A DNA stretch of 64,000 nucleotides from Nitrospirota bacterium (GTDB lineage Bacteria; Nitrospirota; Thermodesulfovibrionia; Thermodesulfovibrionales; JdFR-86), in NCBI GenBank assembly GCA_963721805.1, contig CAVRJY010000002.1, forward strand, positions 512,001-576,000, read 5' to 3'. The position numbers and the translations under genes were made by a program. The number at the start of each line of letters is the position of its first letter. The stretch's first letter is position 1. A model generated the notes under the pieces. The model was given only the letters and a program-made list of their open reading frames with translations, had not been told where the DNA came from and searched no databases. Of this stretch, positions 45,719 to 56,155 are shown in pieces.

Positions 45719-45796
45719 TGGCGTCCCCAAGGGGATTCGAACCCCTGTTACAGCCTTGAAAGGGCCGTGTCCTCGGCCTGACTAGACGATGGGGAC
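45719..45796 (-). tRNA. tRNA-Glu (TTC)
   Basis: Cloverleaf GTCCCCA...CT-TTC-AA...GGTTCGAATCC...GGGGACGCCA. Confidence 0.97.
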
Positions 45797-45801
45797 TCTG
45801 A

Positions 45802-45877
45802 TGGTGAGCCGCGAAGGATTCGAACCTTCGACCCACGCCTTAAAAGGGCGTTGCTCTACCAACTGAGCTAGCGGCCC
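45802..45877 (-). tRNA. tRNA-Lys (TTT)
   Basis: GGGCCGCTAGCTCAGTTGGTAGAGC...CT-TTT-AA...GGTTCGAATCC...CTCACCA. Confidence 0.97.
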
Positions 45878-46005
45878 TCAGAACCTAAAATGTACCCGAT
45901 CCGAATAGGTAATGTCAAACTGAGGCATGAGTTTCCGGCGGCATTTGCGAATAGCTTTACTTTGCGATGCGCCTTTTATTATAATCTTCATTCACGAAAC
46001 AGGAG

Positions 46006-46260
46006 GTGAGCAATTTGGTAAAGATTCGTCTTACGCGCCTTGGCGCACACAAGAGGCCTTTTTACAGGGTGATAGTGGCGGACTCCCGCGCACGCAGGGA
46101 CGGCCCGTTTATCGAGATCGTCGGCACCTACAACCCCATGGAGAAGCCCTCGAAGGTCGAACTCCAGCTCGACCGTATCCAGTACTGGATCGAGAAGGGC
46201 GCGCAGCCCACTGAAAGGGCGCAGAAGCTGATCGAGAAGGCCAGGACGGCGGCAGCCTAA
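46006..46260 (+). CDS. rpsP: 30S ribosomal protein S16
   Basis: [32 protein letters not shown]. Confidence 0.98.
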   Translation: MSNLVKIRLTRLGAHKRPFYRVIVADSRARRDGPFIEIVGTYNPMEKPSKVELQLDRIQYWIEKGAQPTERAQKLIEKARTAAA

Positions 46261-46409
46261 GTTTCCCCTCGGGGAAGGGTTGTGGCGCATCCGCATGGCG
46301 GCAGGCGCTTCGGTGCGTGTCAGATCCACTGGATAAGCCATCGGATCCATGAAGACATCCAGGGGGCCCTATGGGCCCCCTTAATATTTTCCGCAGCCCA
46401 AGAACGCTT

Positions 46410-47153
46410 ATGAAAATAGCAGCCATCACGATATTTCCGGCGATGTTCCGCGCCTATATGGCCGAGGGGGTCGTGGGCAGGGCCATCGAAAGAGGGCTCG
46501 CCGACCTGACGCTACTGGACCTGCGGGACTTCACCGATGACCGCCATCGCACCGTGGACGACACGCCCTACGGCGGCGGCCCAGGCATGGTCATGAAGGC
46601 CGAGCCGTTTGGCCGGGCTATAGACCACGTGCTCTCTGACGGGATCGAGACCCTGATCGTGATGCCGACGCCCCAGGGGAGGCCCTTTTCACAGGAGATG
46701 GCCAAGGGGCTCCTGGCCGACGGAAGACGGCTCCTTTTTGTCTGCGGCAGGTACGAGGGCATCGACGACCGCCTGCGCGAGGAATACTCGCCCATGGAGG
46801 TCTCAATGGGGGATTATATCCTGACTGGCGGTGAGCTGCCTGCTTTAGTTATAATGGACGTCACCCTCAGGCTGCTTGAGGGGGTCGTGGGCGACGGCGA
46901 CTCGCTGAAAGACGAGTCCTTCAGCTGGGGGATACTGGATTATCCCCATTACACGCGCCCGGCCGTATGGCGCGGCAGGGCGGTGCCCGAGGTGCTCGCG
47001 GGCGGCAACCACAGGGAGATCGAGCTGTGGCGCAGGCGCGAGGCGCTCAGCAGGACGCTCAGGCACAGGCCGGACCTGCTGGACCGGGCCAGCCTTGACG
47101 ATACGGACAGAAAATTACTTGAAGATATAACGAAGGAGGAGCACAGAGGATGA
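46410..47153 (+). CDS. trmD: tRNA (m1G37) methyltransferase
   Basis: [39 protein letters not shown]. Confidence 0.97.
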   Translation: MKIAAITIFPAMFRAYMAEGVVGRAIERGLADLTLLDLRDFTDDRHRTVDDTPYGGGPGMVMKAEPFGRAIDHVLSDGIETLIVMPTPQGRPFSQEMAKGLLADGRRLLFVCGRYEGIDDRLREEYSPMEVSMGDYILTGGELPALVIMDVTLRLLEGVVGDGDSLKDESFSWGILDYPHYTRPAVWRGRAVPEVLAGGNHREIELWRRREALSRTLRHRPDLLDRASLDDTDRKLLEDITKEEHRG

Positions 47154-47500
47154 ACCTTGTTCAGGTCGTAGAGGAAGGATACAAGAAACAGGTGACGCCG
47201 TTTAACGTGGGTGACACGATAAAGGTCTTCACGCGCGTCATCGAGGGCGACAAGGAGAGGCTCCAGCCCTTCGAGGGCGTTGTCATAGCGATCAAGGGAG
47301 GCGGTCTCCGCTCGACCTTCATGGTGCGCAAGGTCTCCTTCGGCATCGGAGTCGAGAGGATATTCCCGATGCACTCCCCGACGATCGACCACGTGGACCT
47401 CATCCGCCAGGGCTCGGTGCGCCGCGCGAAGCTCTTCTACCTGCGCGCGCTCAAGGGCAAGGCTGCAAAGATCAAGGAGAAGGAAAGGGAGAGGCGCTGA
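47150..47500 (+). CDS. rplS: 50S ribosomal protein L19
   Basis: GDT..V, KERLQ.FEG.VI, VRKVS.G.GVER.FP, VRRAKL.YLR. Confidence 0.98.
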   Translation: MNLVQVVEEGYKKQVTPFNVGDTIKVFTRVIEGDKERLQPFEGVVIAIKGGGLRSTFMVRKVSFGIGVERIFPMHSPTIDHVDLIRQGSVRRAKLFYLRALKGKAAKIKEKERERR

Positions 47501-48144
47501 GCCCTCACCGAAGCAAGGCCGCCCGGCCTGCCTACGACCCTTACGGGTTCGACCAGTCCCACAGGGATCGGGGGTGCAGGTGGGTGGCCGGCATAGACGA
47601 AGCAGGGCGGGGCCCAGTCGCGGGTCCCGTTGTAGCGGCCGCTGTCGTACTCCCTCCGGGCATCAGGATCCCCGGCCTCAGAGATTCCAAGCTGGTTCCC
47701 GAACCCGAGCGCGAGCCCCTCTGCCTTGAAGTAATCTCGGTCGCGCTCGATATCGGCATCGGGGTCTCGGACTCCGCACTGATCGACCGCATCAACATCC
47801 TCGAAGCCACGCGCGCGGCGATGTGCGCCGCGATAGCCGATCTTATGTACCCGCCGGACATGCTGCTTATCGACGCGGTGCGCCTCGGCACGGTTTCGAT
47901 CGAGCAGGTCTCGCCGTTTAAGGGCGAGAGCGTAAGCGCCTCCATCGCTGCCGCATCTATCGTGGCCAAGGTGGCTCGCGACAACATGATGCTCAGATAC
48001 CACGAGGAATACCCCAGCTACGGGTTTGACAGGCACAAGGGCTATGGCACCAAAGAGCACATGGATGCGATCAGGCTGCTCGGCCCCTGCCCGATACACC
48101 GCAGGAGCTTCGCGGGGGTTATGACTTTAGAGCTTCCGTTTTAG
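47497..48144 (+). CDS. rnhB: Ribonuclease HII (start uncertain: CTG 47497 or GTG 47584)
   Basis: [45 protein letters not shown]. Confidence 0.93.
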   Translation: MSPHRSKAARPAYDPYGFDQSHRDRGCRWVAGIDEAGRGPVAGPVVAAAVVLPPGIRIPGLRDSKLVPEPEREPLCLEVISVALDIGIGVSDSALIDRINILEATRAAMCAAIADLMYPPDMLLIDAVRLGTVSIEQVSPFKGESVSASIAAASIVAKVARDNMMLRYHEEYPSYGFDRHKGYGTKEHMDAIRLLGPCPIHRRSFAGVMTLELPF

Positions 48145-50110
48145 GGCCCTCATCGGGGTCTCTCTTGACCGGCAGAACGAGCGTGAATGCGGTGCCGCGC
48201 CCGGGCTCGCTTTCCACCAGTATCTGGCCCCCGTGGCTTTGGATGATCTTGTAGCTGACCGAAAGACCTATCCCGGTGCCCTTTTCGCTCTTGGTGCTGA
48301 AAAACGGCTCGAAGATGCGCTGTTGGTCTTCCTTCGCGATGCCTACGCCGGTGTCTTCGATGCGCACCAGGACCTCGCCGTCCTGACGCATTGTGCTTAA
48401 CGTGAGCCTCCCGAACCCGTTCATGGCGTACAGGGCGTTGTTGATTATGTTGAGGACCACCTGCTTCAGCTGGTTTGAGTCTCCCTCGATCACCGGCACG
48501 TCGCCGTAGTTTTGCTCGATCTCGACCATGGTGTCCCTGGTCTGGATGCCGACGAGTTCCATGACCTCCCTCACCACGCGGTTAATGTCCATCTCGCCGA
48601 TCTTCAGCGAGCGCTTCCGTGAGAACTCCAGGAGCTGGTGGACGATCTCCTTCGCGCGCAGGGACTCCTTTTCGATGACCTCGATGTCCTTTATCACGCT
48701 GCCGCTCTCGGTGCTTTCCTTGATAAGCTCGGCATAGCCCAGGATGCTCGTTAACGGGTTGTTGATCTCGTGGGCGATGTTGGAGGCGAGCTCTCCGATC
48801 GCGGCGAGCTTGGTGGCCTGTATGAGCTGGTCCTGCGTGTCTTTGAGCTCGCCCATCTGCTTGCGGAGGTTTTCGTAGAGCGCGGCGTTCTCCAGCGCGA
48901 CGGCCGCGTTGTTGGAAAGGATCGCGAGCGTCTGCGCGTCCTCGTCCGTGAAGTCCCCGTCACGCTTGTTCGCTATGCGGATGGCCCCTACCAGTTCGGC
49001 TTTCTGCCTGATCCAGACGTAGATGACGTTGCGCACCCCGAGGCTCGCATCGGCCTCCGCGCACGGCGAGCCCGTGAGGTCTCCGTTTGCGATCACGGCC
49101 CTTCGGCTCGACGGGGCGTAGTGCTTTACGAGTTCTCCGCGGGGTATCGTGAACAGCTCGGCCGAGGCCAGGTCGACCCCCAGGGCCGGCATCTGGTGGA
49201 CGTAGTTTTCCCCGTCGATGAGCATGACCCCGGCCTGCTCGGCCCCGACTATCTCGGCCGCGCCGTATGAGAGTTCATGGACGATCTCAGCCGGCCCGGT
49301 GATGGCGTGCAGCGAGAGGGTTACGGTGTAAAGGTTCGAGAGCGTCGAGAGGTGCTTTTGCACCCGCTCGTTGCTCGCGTTGAGGGAACTGCTCATGTCG
49401 TTGAACGAGTCGATCAGCTCCACGAATTCGTTGGTGCCCTGAAAGTGCGTTATATAGCCGAGTTCCCCGGCCTTGATCCGCCGCGTGGCGTCCACGAGCT
49501 CGAAGATCGGCTCGGTCACATGCCGCGTCATGGTCACCGCGATGGCCGTGGCGATGAAGAACGCGAGCACCACGGTCAGTATCAGTATGATGCGGGAGTT
49601 GTTTATCTCCCTCATCGACTGCACGGTGCGGTCCTTGAGCTTTTCCCCCGCGATGGTTGCCATCTCCTGGGCCTTCTGCAGCAGGTTGCTACCGATGCCG
49701 ATAGAGACGGACTTAAGGAGGTCGGCACGCTTTCCGGTCGCGGACGTCGTGATGAGATAGCTCAGCGAGTCCTCGAACTGCCCCACGGTGCCGACCATGT
49801 CCTTGAGCTTGGCCGTGGTCTCCTGGTTGTGATGGCAGCTCAGGCAGCGGTTGGCCGAATCCTCGAGCTGCAGGACGTTGTCCACGATGACGTCCAGGTC
49901 GCTGCCGAACGCGGTGCCGTACGTATAGAGGTGCGTCAGCACGGTCTGTGAGCTTATGACCAGGTCCTGCCGGATGATCTCGACGCGGTGCAGGCTGATG
50001 ACCGATTCGAGGTTGCTCGTGGTCCTGTAGAGATAAAGCATCGTCACGGCCGCCCCCGCCAGAAACAGGGCGAACAGCAGCAGCATGGACAGTATTATCC
50101 GGCTCTTCAT
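48119..50110 (-). CDS. Sensor histidine kinase: periplasmic heme-c domain, HAMP, GAF, HisKA/HATPase
   Basis: TM-CLSCH-TM; HAMP; GAF; AHEINNPL, QV..N...NA, DTG.G, FEPFF, GTGIGL. Confidence 0.92.
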   Translation of the reverse strand: MKSRIILSMLLLFALFLAGAAVTMLYLYRTTSNLESVISLHRVEIIRQDLVISSQTVLTHLYTYGTAFGSDLDVIVDNVLQLEDSANRCLSCHHNQETTAKLKDMVGTVGQFEDSLSYLITTSATGKRADLLKSVSIGIGSNLLQKAQEMATIAGEKLKDRTVQSMREINNSRIILILTVVLAFFIATAIAVTMTRHVTEPIFELVDATRRIKAGELGYITHFQGTNEFVELIDSFNDMSSSLNASNERVQKHLSTLSNLYTVTLSLHAITGPAEIVHELSYGAAEIVGAEQAGVMLIDGENYVHQMPALGVDLASAELFTIPRGELVKHYAPSSRRAVIANGDLTGSPCAEADASLGVRNVIYVWIRQKAELVGAIRIANKRDGDFTDEDAQTLAILSNNAAVALENAALYENLRKQMGELKDTQDQLIQATKLAAIGELASNIAHEINNPLTSILGYAELIKESTESGSVIKDIEVIEKESLRAKEIVHQLLEFSRKRSLKIGEMDINRVVREVMELVGIQTRDTMVEIEQNYGDVPVIEGDSNQLKQVVLNIINNALYAMNGFGRLTLSTMRQDGEVLVRIEDTGVGIAKEDQQRIFEPFFSTKSEKGTGIGLSVSYKIIQSHGGQILVESEPGRGTAFTLVLPVKRDPDEGPKTEALKS

Positions 50111-50991
50111 TGGAACTTGTATCCCTTTATGTTCACGCCGGCCTGTGTTGCGAGGCGTTCGACCCCGGCATCATCGGAGGGCTCTGTTTTGACGAACCGT
50201 CTGGCCCCGATCCCCTTGAGTATCTCCGTGCCCTTGGGGTCGGTCTGCATGCCAAGGAGGATGCTCATAAGGCGCTTCTTTATGTGTTCCGGCAGGTCGC
50301 CCCTGACGCACAGGGTGGTATCGGGCAGCTCCGCGGACTTGGAGATCACCGTAAGGTCCTCGCCTATCGTCGGATCGTTCTTCGCCATGGCCTCGAAGAT
50401 CCTGCCCTTCAGGACGCCTACGTCGCCTTTTCCCGAAAGCACGGTGTACAGCGATGCGTCATGGCTTCCGGTGTATATCTGCTCGCCCATGAACGCGTCG
50501 GGGTTGCGCACGCCGTTTTCCCTCAGGTACGCAAGCGCGTAGAGATACCCTGTGGCCGAGATCTTGTCAACGAATACGAAGCGCTTGCCCATCATGTCGC
50601 TCAGCCTGCGTATGCCGGAATCCTTCCTGACGAATATGTAGCTGCGGGCGGTCGTGCCGCCGGTTACGAAGTCCGGCCTGACCAGCGGCACGGTGCCGAG
50701 CTGCCGCTCGGCGAGCACCGAGGCGAAGACCCCGAGGAACGCCCCGTCGAGCTTCCCGGAATTGAAGCGGCCGGCGATGTCGGCATATCTGCCTATAATG
50801 CTGAACTTAACCTTCTCCCCCATGGACGCGCTCAGATATTCCTCGAGCGGGCGGTAGCGCCTGATCATCCTGAATATGTTTTCCTCCGCCACGAGCCCGA
50901 TGGTTATTGGCCTGTCAGCTGCTTCGCACCCGGGCGGCTGGGCCAGGAAGAAGATCGTAATTGACAATAGAAGAATGGCGGCCGCCTTCAT
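50107..50991 (-). CDS. PhnD-family (phosphate/phosphonate-type) substrate-binding protein
   Basis: Signal peptide, Y.PL..YLS, S.IFVRKDS.I, D..SATGYL, GSHD, P.....VR.DL. Confidence 0.85.
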   Translation of the reverse strand: MKAAAILLLSITIFFLAQPPGCEAADRPITIGLVAEENIFRMIRRYRPLEEYLSASMGEKVKFSIIGRYADIAGRFNSGKLDGAFLGVFASVLAERQLGTVPLVRPDFVTGGTTARSYIFVRKDSGIRRLSDMMGKRFVFVDKISATGYLYALAYLRENGVRNPDAFMGEQIYTGSHDASLYTVLSGKGDVGVLKGRIFEAMAKNDPTIGEDLTVISKSAELPDTTLCVRGDLPEHIKKRLMSILLGMQTDPKGTEILKGIGARRFVKTEPSDDAGVERLATQAGVNIKGYKFQ

Positions 50992-51935
50992 TGGATCACC
51001 TTCGTGGCGTCGTTTAGGATGCTGATCGGCACCTTGATACCCATGTCCTGAGCCTCCTTAAGCGAGTAGATCACGTCGCCCTCCGGAAGGCACATCACCG
51101 GCAGCTCGGCCGGGCGCGTCCCATCGAGGACCGCCATGAGCTTGCGCGCTGCCTCCTGCCCGACCCTCTCTGGGGAGGGCGAGATAGAGAGTATCGGCGA
51201 GGGCGACTCCGAGGCCATCAGCGACGCGGTCGGCAGCTTGCGGGCATGCGCCGTGCGGATCACCGAGCGCAGAACGCCCTCGATGACGAGCGACGAGGAT
51301 ATGAATATCGTGCCTCCGCTGAGGTCCGCTATCGCCGAGACGTAGTCGGCGGGTTTTCGTATATCGACAGCAGTGACCGTGAAGCGGAATTTTCCTGCGC
51401 TGGATTTGAATTCCGCCAGCTGCTCGCGCGAGTCTTCCTCGATGCTCGAATAGAGCACGACGGCCGGGTTCGGAGAGCCCGAATCGTACATGTAGCGCAT
51501 CAGCGACTGTACGGCGGATTTGACGCATACCCCGGCAGTCTTTTTCGAGTGGAACTTTTCTGACGTCGGCTGGTAGACCCCGGCATATATGACGGGCACA
51601 TCGGGGTTTTCCTTGACCGCGGCGATTGCAGGGCCGGTGCCGTAAACCACGATAGCGTCCACCCCGGCGGCCAAAAGCTTCCTCGATGCGTTGCTCCACG
51701 CCACGGGGTCCGGATAGGGGGTCTGTGCGATGAACTGAACCCGCGCGCCGAAGCCTTTTTCCTTCAGGTAGGCCTGGAGCGCGGCGTGGGCCCGCTGAGA
51801 GAACTCAGAGCCCCTCGTCGTGATGACCCCGATCTTCTCTGCGTGCGCCTCAGGGACGCCCCAAAAACAGGCCATGAGGACTGAGACGAAGAGCGCAAGA
51901 GCGCATACCGCTGATTTCCCCCTCATAAGGCGCAT
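50988..51935 (-). CDS. ABC_sub_bind-type periplasmic binding protein
   Basis: Signal peptide, DAIV.YGT..A, PVIYA.V, G.EAA.....L.G..P.ELPV, L..A..MGI.VP. Confidence 0.75.
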   Translation of the reverse strand: MRLMRGKSAVCALALFVSVLMACFWGVPEAHAEKIGVITTRGSEFSQRAHAALQAYLKEKGFGARVQFIAQTPYPDPVAWSNASRKLLAAGVDAIVVYGTGPAIAAVKENPDVPVIYAGVYQPTSEKFHSKKTAGVCVKSAVQSLMRYMYDSGSPNPAVVLYSSIEEDSREQLAEFKSSAGKFRFTVTAVDIRKPADYVSAIADLSGGTIFISSSLVIEGVLRSVIRTAHARKLPTASLMASESPSPILSISPSPERVGQEAARKLMAVLDGTRPAELPVMCLPEGDVIYSLKEAQDMGIKVPISILNDATKVIQ

Positions 51936-51981
51936 CTTAAATAATAATATAAATTATGGAAAATAGGGGCTCAGCATGCGG

Positions 51982-52701
51982 CTATGCGGACATTATCTCA
52001 AGCGATATCAGTTCGAGGGCGCGAAGCGGATCGGGCTGGTTCAATACAGACCGTCCGACTACGAGGTAATCGGCACCCTCGCGGATGGCCTCCTTCGGCG
52101 TCATCGTGCGGTGCTGGTCGTCCGGTGGGCTCCACGAGGGCCGGATGCCGGGCGTGACAGCTAAAAACCCCTGCCCGCAATGCTGCTTGATCATCTCGAC
52201 CTCGTGGCCCGAGGCCACGACGCCGTCGAGTCCCGAGGAGTGCGCTAGTACCGCAAAGTGTTTTACCTGGGTGCGGAGCGAGTGCTGCACCCCGAACTCG
52301 TCATGCAGGGTCTGCTGCCCGATGCTCGTAAGCACGGTCACGCCGAGCACACGGGGCTTAAGCAGATTTTCTTTCAGGCATATCTCGGCCACGGTGCCTG
52401 CGCAGCGTTTCATGGCCTCGGTGCCGCTCGATACATGCACGTTGAACATGAAAACCCCGAGGCGTGTGGCAGAGGCCGCAGCCTTGGCTACAGTCGTCGG
52501 GATGTCATGGAACTTGAGATCCAAAAAAACGCGCTTGCCCCTGTCGTGTATAGCCCTGACGACGGACGGGCCTGCCGCGGTGAAGAGTTCGAGCCCAACC
52601 TTGAAGATGTTTATGCGTTCGCCGAATTTATCGACCAGCTCGAGCGCGTAGTCCTGGTCGTCGACGTCGAGTGCCAGTATGATCTTGTCCCTTGCGGGCA
52701 T
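51982..52701 (-). CDS. pyrF: Orotidine-5'-phosphate decarboxylase
   Basis: LALD, KVG.ELF, FLDLKFHDIP.TV, VTVLTS, TPGIR, VVGR. Confidence 0.97.
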   Translation of the reverse strand: MPARDKIILALDVDDQDYALELVDKFGERINIFKVGLELFTAAGPSVVRAIHDRGKRVFLDLKFHDIPTTVAKAAASATRLGVFMFNVHVSSGTEAMKRCAGTVAEICLKENLLKPRVLGVTVLTSIGQQTLHDEFGVQHSLRTQVKHFAVLAHSSGLDGVVASGHEVEMIKQHCGQGFLAVTPGIRPSWSPPDDQHRTMTPKEAIREGADYLVVGRSVLNQPDPLRALELISLEIMSA

Positions 52702-53253
52702 CTATGAGGCCTTGGCGTGGGTTATGCCCTGCTGGGCCTGGTATTTTCCTGACTTATCCGCATAAGACACGTCGCAGGGCTGGTCCGAGCCCAAAAACAG
52801 CACCTGTGCAATGCCCTCAAACGAGTGTATGCGGGCTGGCAGCGGCGTGGTGTTCGAGATCGAGATTGTCACGAACCCCTCCCACTCGGGCTCGAGCGGG
52901 GTGACGTTTACGATTACGCCGCAGCGCGCGTAGGTGGATTTGCCGTAGCATATCGCGAGCACGTCGCGCGGGATGCGGAAGTACTCGAGCGACCTTCCGA
53001 GTACGAACGAGTTTGGGGGGATCACGCAGACCTCGCCCTTAAAGTGGGTGAAACTCTCCGGCCCCATCTCCTTGGGGTCTACGACTGAGCGTCCAGCGGG
53101 ATTGAACACGCTGTATTCGTCGTGCAGGCGCATGTCATACCCGTATGAGCCGATGCCAGAGGATATGACGCCCGGCCGCTTCACGTTTTCGGCATAAGGT
53201 TCGATCATGCCCTTTTGGGACATCTCGCGTATCCAGAGGTCGCTCTTGATCAT
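52702..53253 (-). CDS. dcd: dCTP deaminase
   Basis: [39 protein letters not shown]. Confidence 0.96.
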   Translation of the reverse strand: MIKSDLWIREMSQKGMIEPYAENVKRPGVISSGIGSYGYDMRLHDEYSVFNPAGRSVVDPKEMGPESFTHFKGEVCVIPPNSFVLGRSLEYFRIPRDVLAICYGKSTYARCGVIVNVTPLEPEWEGFVTISISNTTPLPARIHSFEGIAQVLFLGSDQPCDVSYADKSGKYQAQQGITHAKAS

Positions 53254-53309
53254 CGTAGATGCTAACACAGCGTTTGGGTGCAAGACAAGGATAATGGATA
53301 ATATTTCCA

Positions 53310-53339
53310 TTGCGCTCCGCTGTTGTTTGTGTTTATAAT
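53310..53339 (+). promoter_or_regulatory. Sigma70-type promoter for 6S RNA
   Basis: TTGCGC-18 nt-TATAAT. Confidence 0.55.
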
Positions 53340-53364
53340 GTAAGAAGAAGGGTAGGACAGAATT

Positions 53365-53541
53365 GCCTGCCCTGTTCGTGAGAGGTGAGGATGTTAGTCC
53401 GACAAATTAGTTCTAATGGGAGCCGGAGTAAGACGGCCGGTGTGCAGACCTGCCCCATGAGCAGGGAGCCTAATGGCGTCTTCGAGGCACCCACATGTCC
53501 AAAAGACGGAGCTAATTACCCACTGACACGGCAGGGCGGGC
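53365..53541 (+). ncRNA. ssrS: 6S RNA
   Basis: About 177-nt rod: 5' GCCTGCCCTG..CGTG pairs with 3' CACG.CAGGGCGGGC; central unpaired region; GGGAGC and CACCCAC-type segments; located upstream of rny. Confidence 0.8.
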
Positions 53542-53736
53542 TTCTTTTTAACGGGATTGCAGCAGGGGAGTGCCTTAGAGGCGGACAACTTGGCTGGGGG
53601 AGTTATTTCAGGGCATTCGCGCCCTGAAAAACGTTGTTTTACCTGGCTTTCATTGTGTCCTTAGGCTTCGCCCGCTGACTATGACCATCCTGTTTTCTGT
53701 TCCTCCCCTTAATTAATATATAGGGAGGACACACGC

Positions 53737-55299
53737 ATGTTTTCAATCGTATATGTCGCGGTCGCGATTGCCGTGGGTCTGGTGACTGGCGGCGTGGCCG
53801 CCGTGATGTACCGCCAGTACCTCACCGGCAAGCTCGGCGACCTCGCGCAGCAGCGGGAATCAGTCTTGCGGGAGGCCGAGAAGGCCGCCGCGGCTATCAA
53901 GAAAGAGGCCCAGCTCGAATCCAGAGACGCACTGCTCCAGGCCAAGGCCGAGGCCGACAAGGACATCAAGGAGCGCAGAAACGAAGTCGGGCTGGCCGAG
54001 AAGCGCCTCCACCAGAAGGAAGAGACCCTAGAGAAGAAGCTCGAACAGGTGGAGAAGAAGGACTCGGATCTTCAGAAGCGCGACGGCGACCTCAACAACC
54101 GCGAGCGCGGTCTGGTAGACAAGGAAAACAAGCTGGACGACCTCATCAGCGAGCAGTCTAAGACGCTTGAGCGCGTCGCGGGCTCGACGGCCGAGGAGGC
54201 CCGCGCCGAACTCTTCAGGCGCGTGGAGGAGACCGCTCAGCACGACGCCCTGCGGTTGGCAAAACGCATCGAGGATGAGGTCAAAGAAGGCGCTCTCAAG
54301 AAGGCCAGGGAGGTCATCAGCAACACCATCCAGCGCTACGCCAGCGATTACGTCGCGGACGCGGCGGTAAGCTCCGTCACCCTGCCCAACGACGAGATCA
54401 AGGGCCGCATCATAGGCCGCGAGGGCAGGAACATCCGCGCGCTCGAGGCCGCGACCGGCGTGGACTTCATCGTCGACGACACCCCGGAGGTAGTGACCCT
54501 CTCGGCATTCGATCCCGTACGCCGCGAGATCGCGCGGCTGGCGCTCGAGCGCCTTATGACGGACGGGCGCATCCATCCGGCGCGTATCGAAGAGGTCGTC
54601 GAGAAGGTAAAGAAAGAGATCGACAACGCGATGGCCGAGGCCGGCGAGGCCGCGGTGTTCGAACTCGGCATCACAGGCATACATCCGGAACTGATAAAGG
54701 TCCTCGGAAGGCTCAAGTACCGCTCGTCATACGGCCAGAACGTGCTCATGCACTCGCGCGAGGTCGCTTACCTAGCCGGGATGATGGCTGCGGAACTGGG
54801 CGGCGACGTGAAGCTCGCAAAGCGCGGCGGCCTGCTGCACGACATCGGCAAGGCCATCGACCACGAGGTCGAGGGCCCGCATAACGAGATCGGCGCGGCG
54901 CTCGCAAAGAAATACGGCGAGAACTCAAAGGTCATAAACGCGATCATAGCCCACCACGGCGATACCGAGGTCGAGTGCATGGAGTCCGCGCTGGTCGCTG
55001 CCTCCGACGCTCTGTCGGCCGCGCGTCCGGGCGTCAGGCGCGAGAGCATCGAAAACTACATAAAGCGCCTGCAGAAGCTCGAAGAGCTGGCGATGGGCTT
55101 CAAGGGCGTGGAGAAGTGCTACGCCATACAGGCCGGCCGCGAGGTGCGCATCATCGTAAAGCCAGAGAGCGTCTCGGACGATATGTCGTGGTCGATCGCG
55201 AAGGATCTCTCAAAGAAGATCGAAGAGGAGATGACATACCCCGGCCAGATCAAGGTCATCGTGATCCGCGAGGCCAGGTTCACCGAGTACGCGAAATAG
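53737..55299 (+). CDS. rny: Ribonuclease Y
   Basis: TM, coiled coil, KH ([13 protein letters not shown]), HD (LLHDIGK), YAIQAGRE.R. Confidence 0.97.
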   Translation: MFSIVYVAVAIAVGLVTGGVAAVMYRQYLTGKLGDLAQQRESVLREAEKAAAAIKKEAQLESRDALLQAKAEADKDIKERRNEVGLAEKRLHQKEETLEKKLEQVEKKDSDLQKRDGDLNNRERGLVDKENKLDDLISEQSKTLERVAGSTAEEARAELFRRVEETAQHDALRLAKRIEDEVKEGALKKAREVISNTIQRYASDYVADAAVSSVTLPNDEIKGRIIGREGRNIRALEAATGVDFIVDDTPEVVTLSAFDPVRREIARLALERLMTDGRIHPARIEEVVEKVKKEIDNAMAEAGEAAVFELGITGIHPELIKVLGRLKYRSSYGQNVLMHSREVAYLAGMMAAELGGDVKLAKRGGLLHDIGKAIDHEVEGPHNEIGAALAKKYGENSKVINAIIAHHGDTEVECMESALVAASDALSAARPGVRRESIENYIKRLQKLEELAMGFKGVEKCYAIQAGREVRIIVKPESVSDDMSWSIAKDLSKKIEEEMTYPGQIKVIVIREARFTEYAK

Positions 55300-55326
55300 G
55301 GCGGATTGTCCGCTTAACTTACAAAC

Positions 55327-55360
55327 GCGCCCGCATCTGAAAAGTGCGGGCGCTGTTTTT
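55327..55360 (+). terminator. Intrinsic terminator between rny and ymdB
   Basis: GCGCCCGCAT-loop-GTGCGGGCGC followed by TGTTTTT. Confidence 0.75.
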
Positions 55361-55381
55361 AGAACGCAAAGATGGAGTGAG

Positions 55382-56155
55382 ATGAAAGTACTTCTGATAG
55401 GAGACGTGATCGGCAAGCCGGGCCGCGCCGCGCTCAAGGCCCTGCTGCCTTCTTTGGTGTCCGAGTACGGCGCGGACGCGGTGCTCGTTAACGGCGAGAA
55501 CTCGGCCTCTGGCTTCGGGATAAACGAGAAAGTGGCCAACGAGATGTTCTCGCAGGGCGTGGCTGCGATCACGAGCGGAAACCACATATGGGACCGCAAG
55601 GAATCGATCCCGTTCATAGCCAAGGAGCACCGCGTGCTCAGGCCGCTTAACTACCCGCCCGGCGTGCCAGGCACGGGGAGCATCGTGCTCGCGGTGGGCG
55701 GCGAGAAGCTCGCGGTCATAAGCCTCATCGGCCGGGTGTTCATGACGTATGTCGACTGCCCGTTTCGGTCCGCGGACGAAGAGATAAAAAGGCTTTCCGC
55801 GATCACGCCGAATATCGTGATCGACTTTCACGCCGAGGCCACCTCGGAGAAGCTCGCGCTGGCCCATTACCTCGACGGCCGCGCAAGCGCCGTCCTCGGC
55901 ACGCATACGCATGTCCAGACAGCGGACGAAAGGGTCCTGGCGGGCGGCACCGCGGTTATCACGGACGTCGGCATGACCGGCCCTGTCGATTCGATCATAG
56001 GGGTGCGCAAGGACGAGGTCATCGAGAGGTTCCTTACCGCGATGCCCCAGCGTTTCGAGGTCCCGGACAGCCCGGTCCTGCTGTGCGCGGTCATCGTCGA
56101 GATAAGCGCAGGCAAAGCTCTCTCTATCGAGCGCATCCAGAGGGCATACCCATAG
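55382..56155 (+). CDS. ymdB: YmdB-family metallophosphoesterase
   Basis: GDV.GKPG, NGEN, SGNH.WD, DFHAEATSEK, GTHTHVQTAD, DVGMTG. Confidence 0.95.
   Translation: MKVLLIGDVIGKPGRAALKALLPSLVSEYGADAVLVNGENSASGFGINEKVANEMFSQGVAAITSGNHIWDRKESIPFIAKEHRVLRPLNYPPGVPGTGSIVLAVGGEKLAVISLIGRVFMTYVDCPFRSADEEIKRLSAITPNIVIDFHAEATSEKLALAHYLDGRASAVLGTHTHVQTADERVLAGGTAVITDVGMTGPVDSIIGVRKDEVIERFLTAMPQRFEVPDSPVLLCAVIVEISAGKALSIERIQRAYP

Noticed and set aside
38191..45796. Signalling cluster as an island integrated at tRNA-Glu
   Set aside because: No integrase, no direct repeat of the tRNA 3' end found by eye, and the tRNA terminator is intact.
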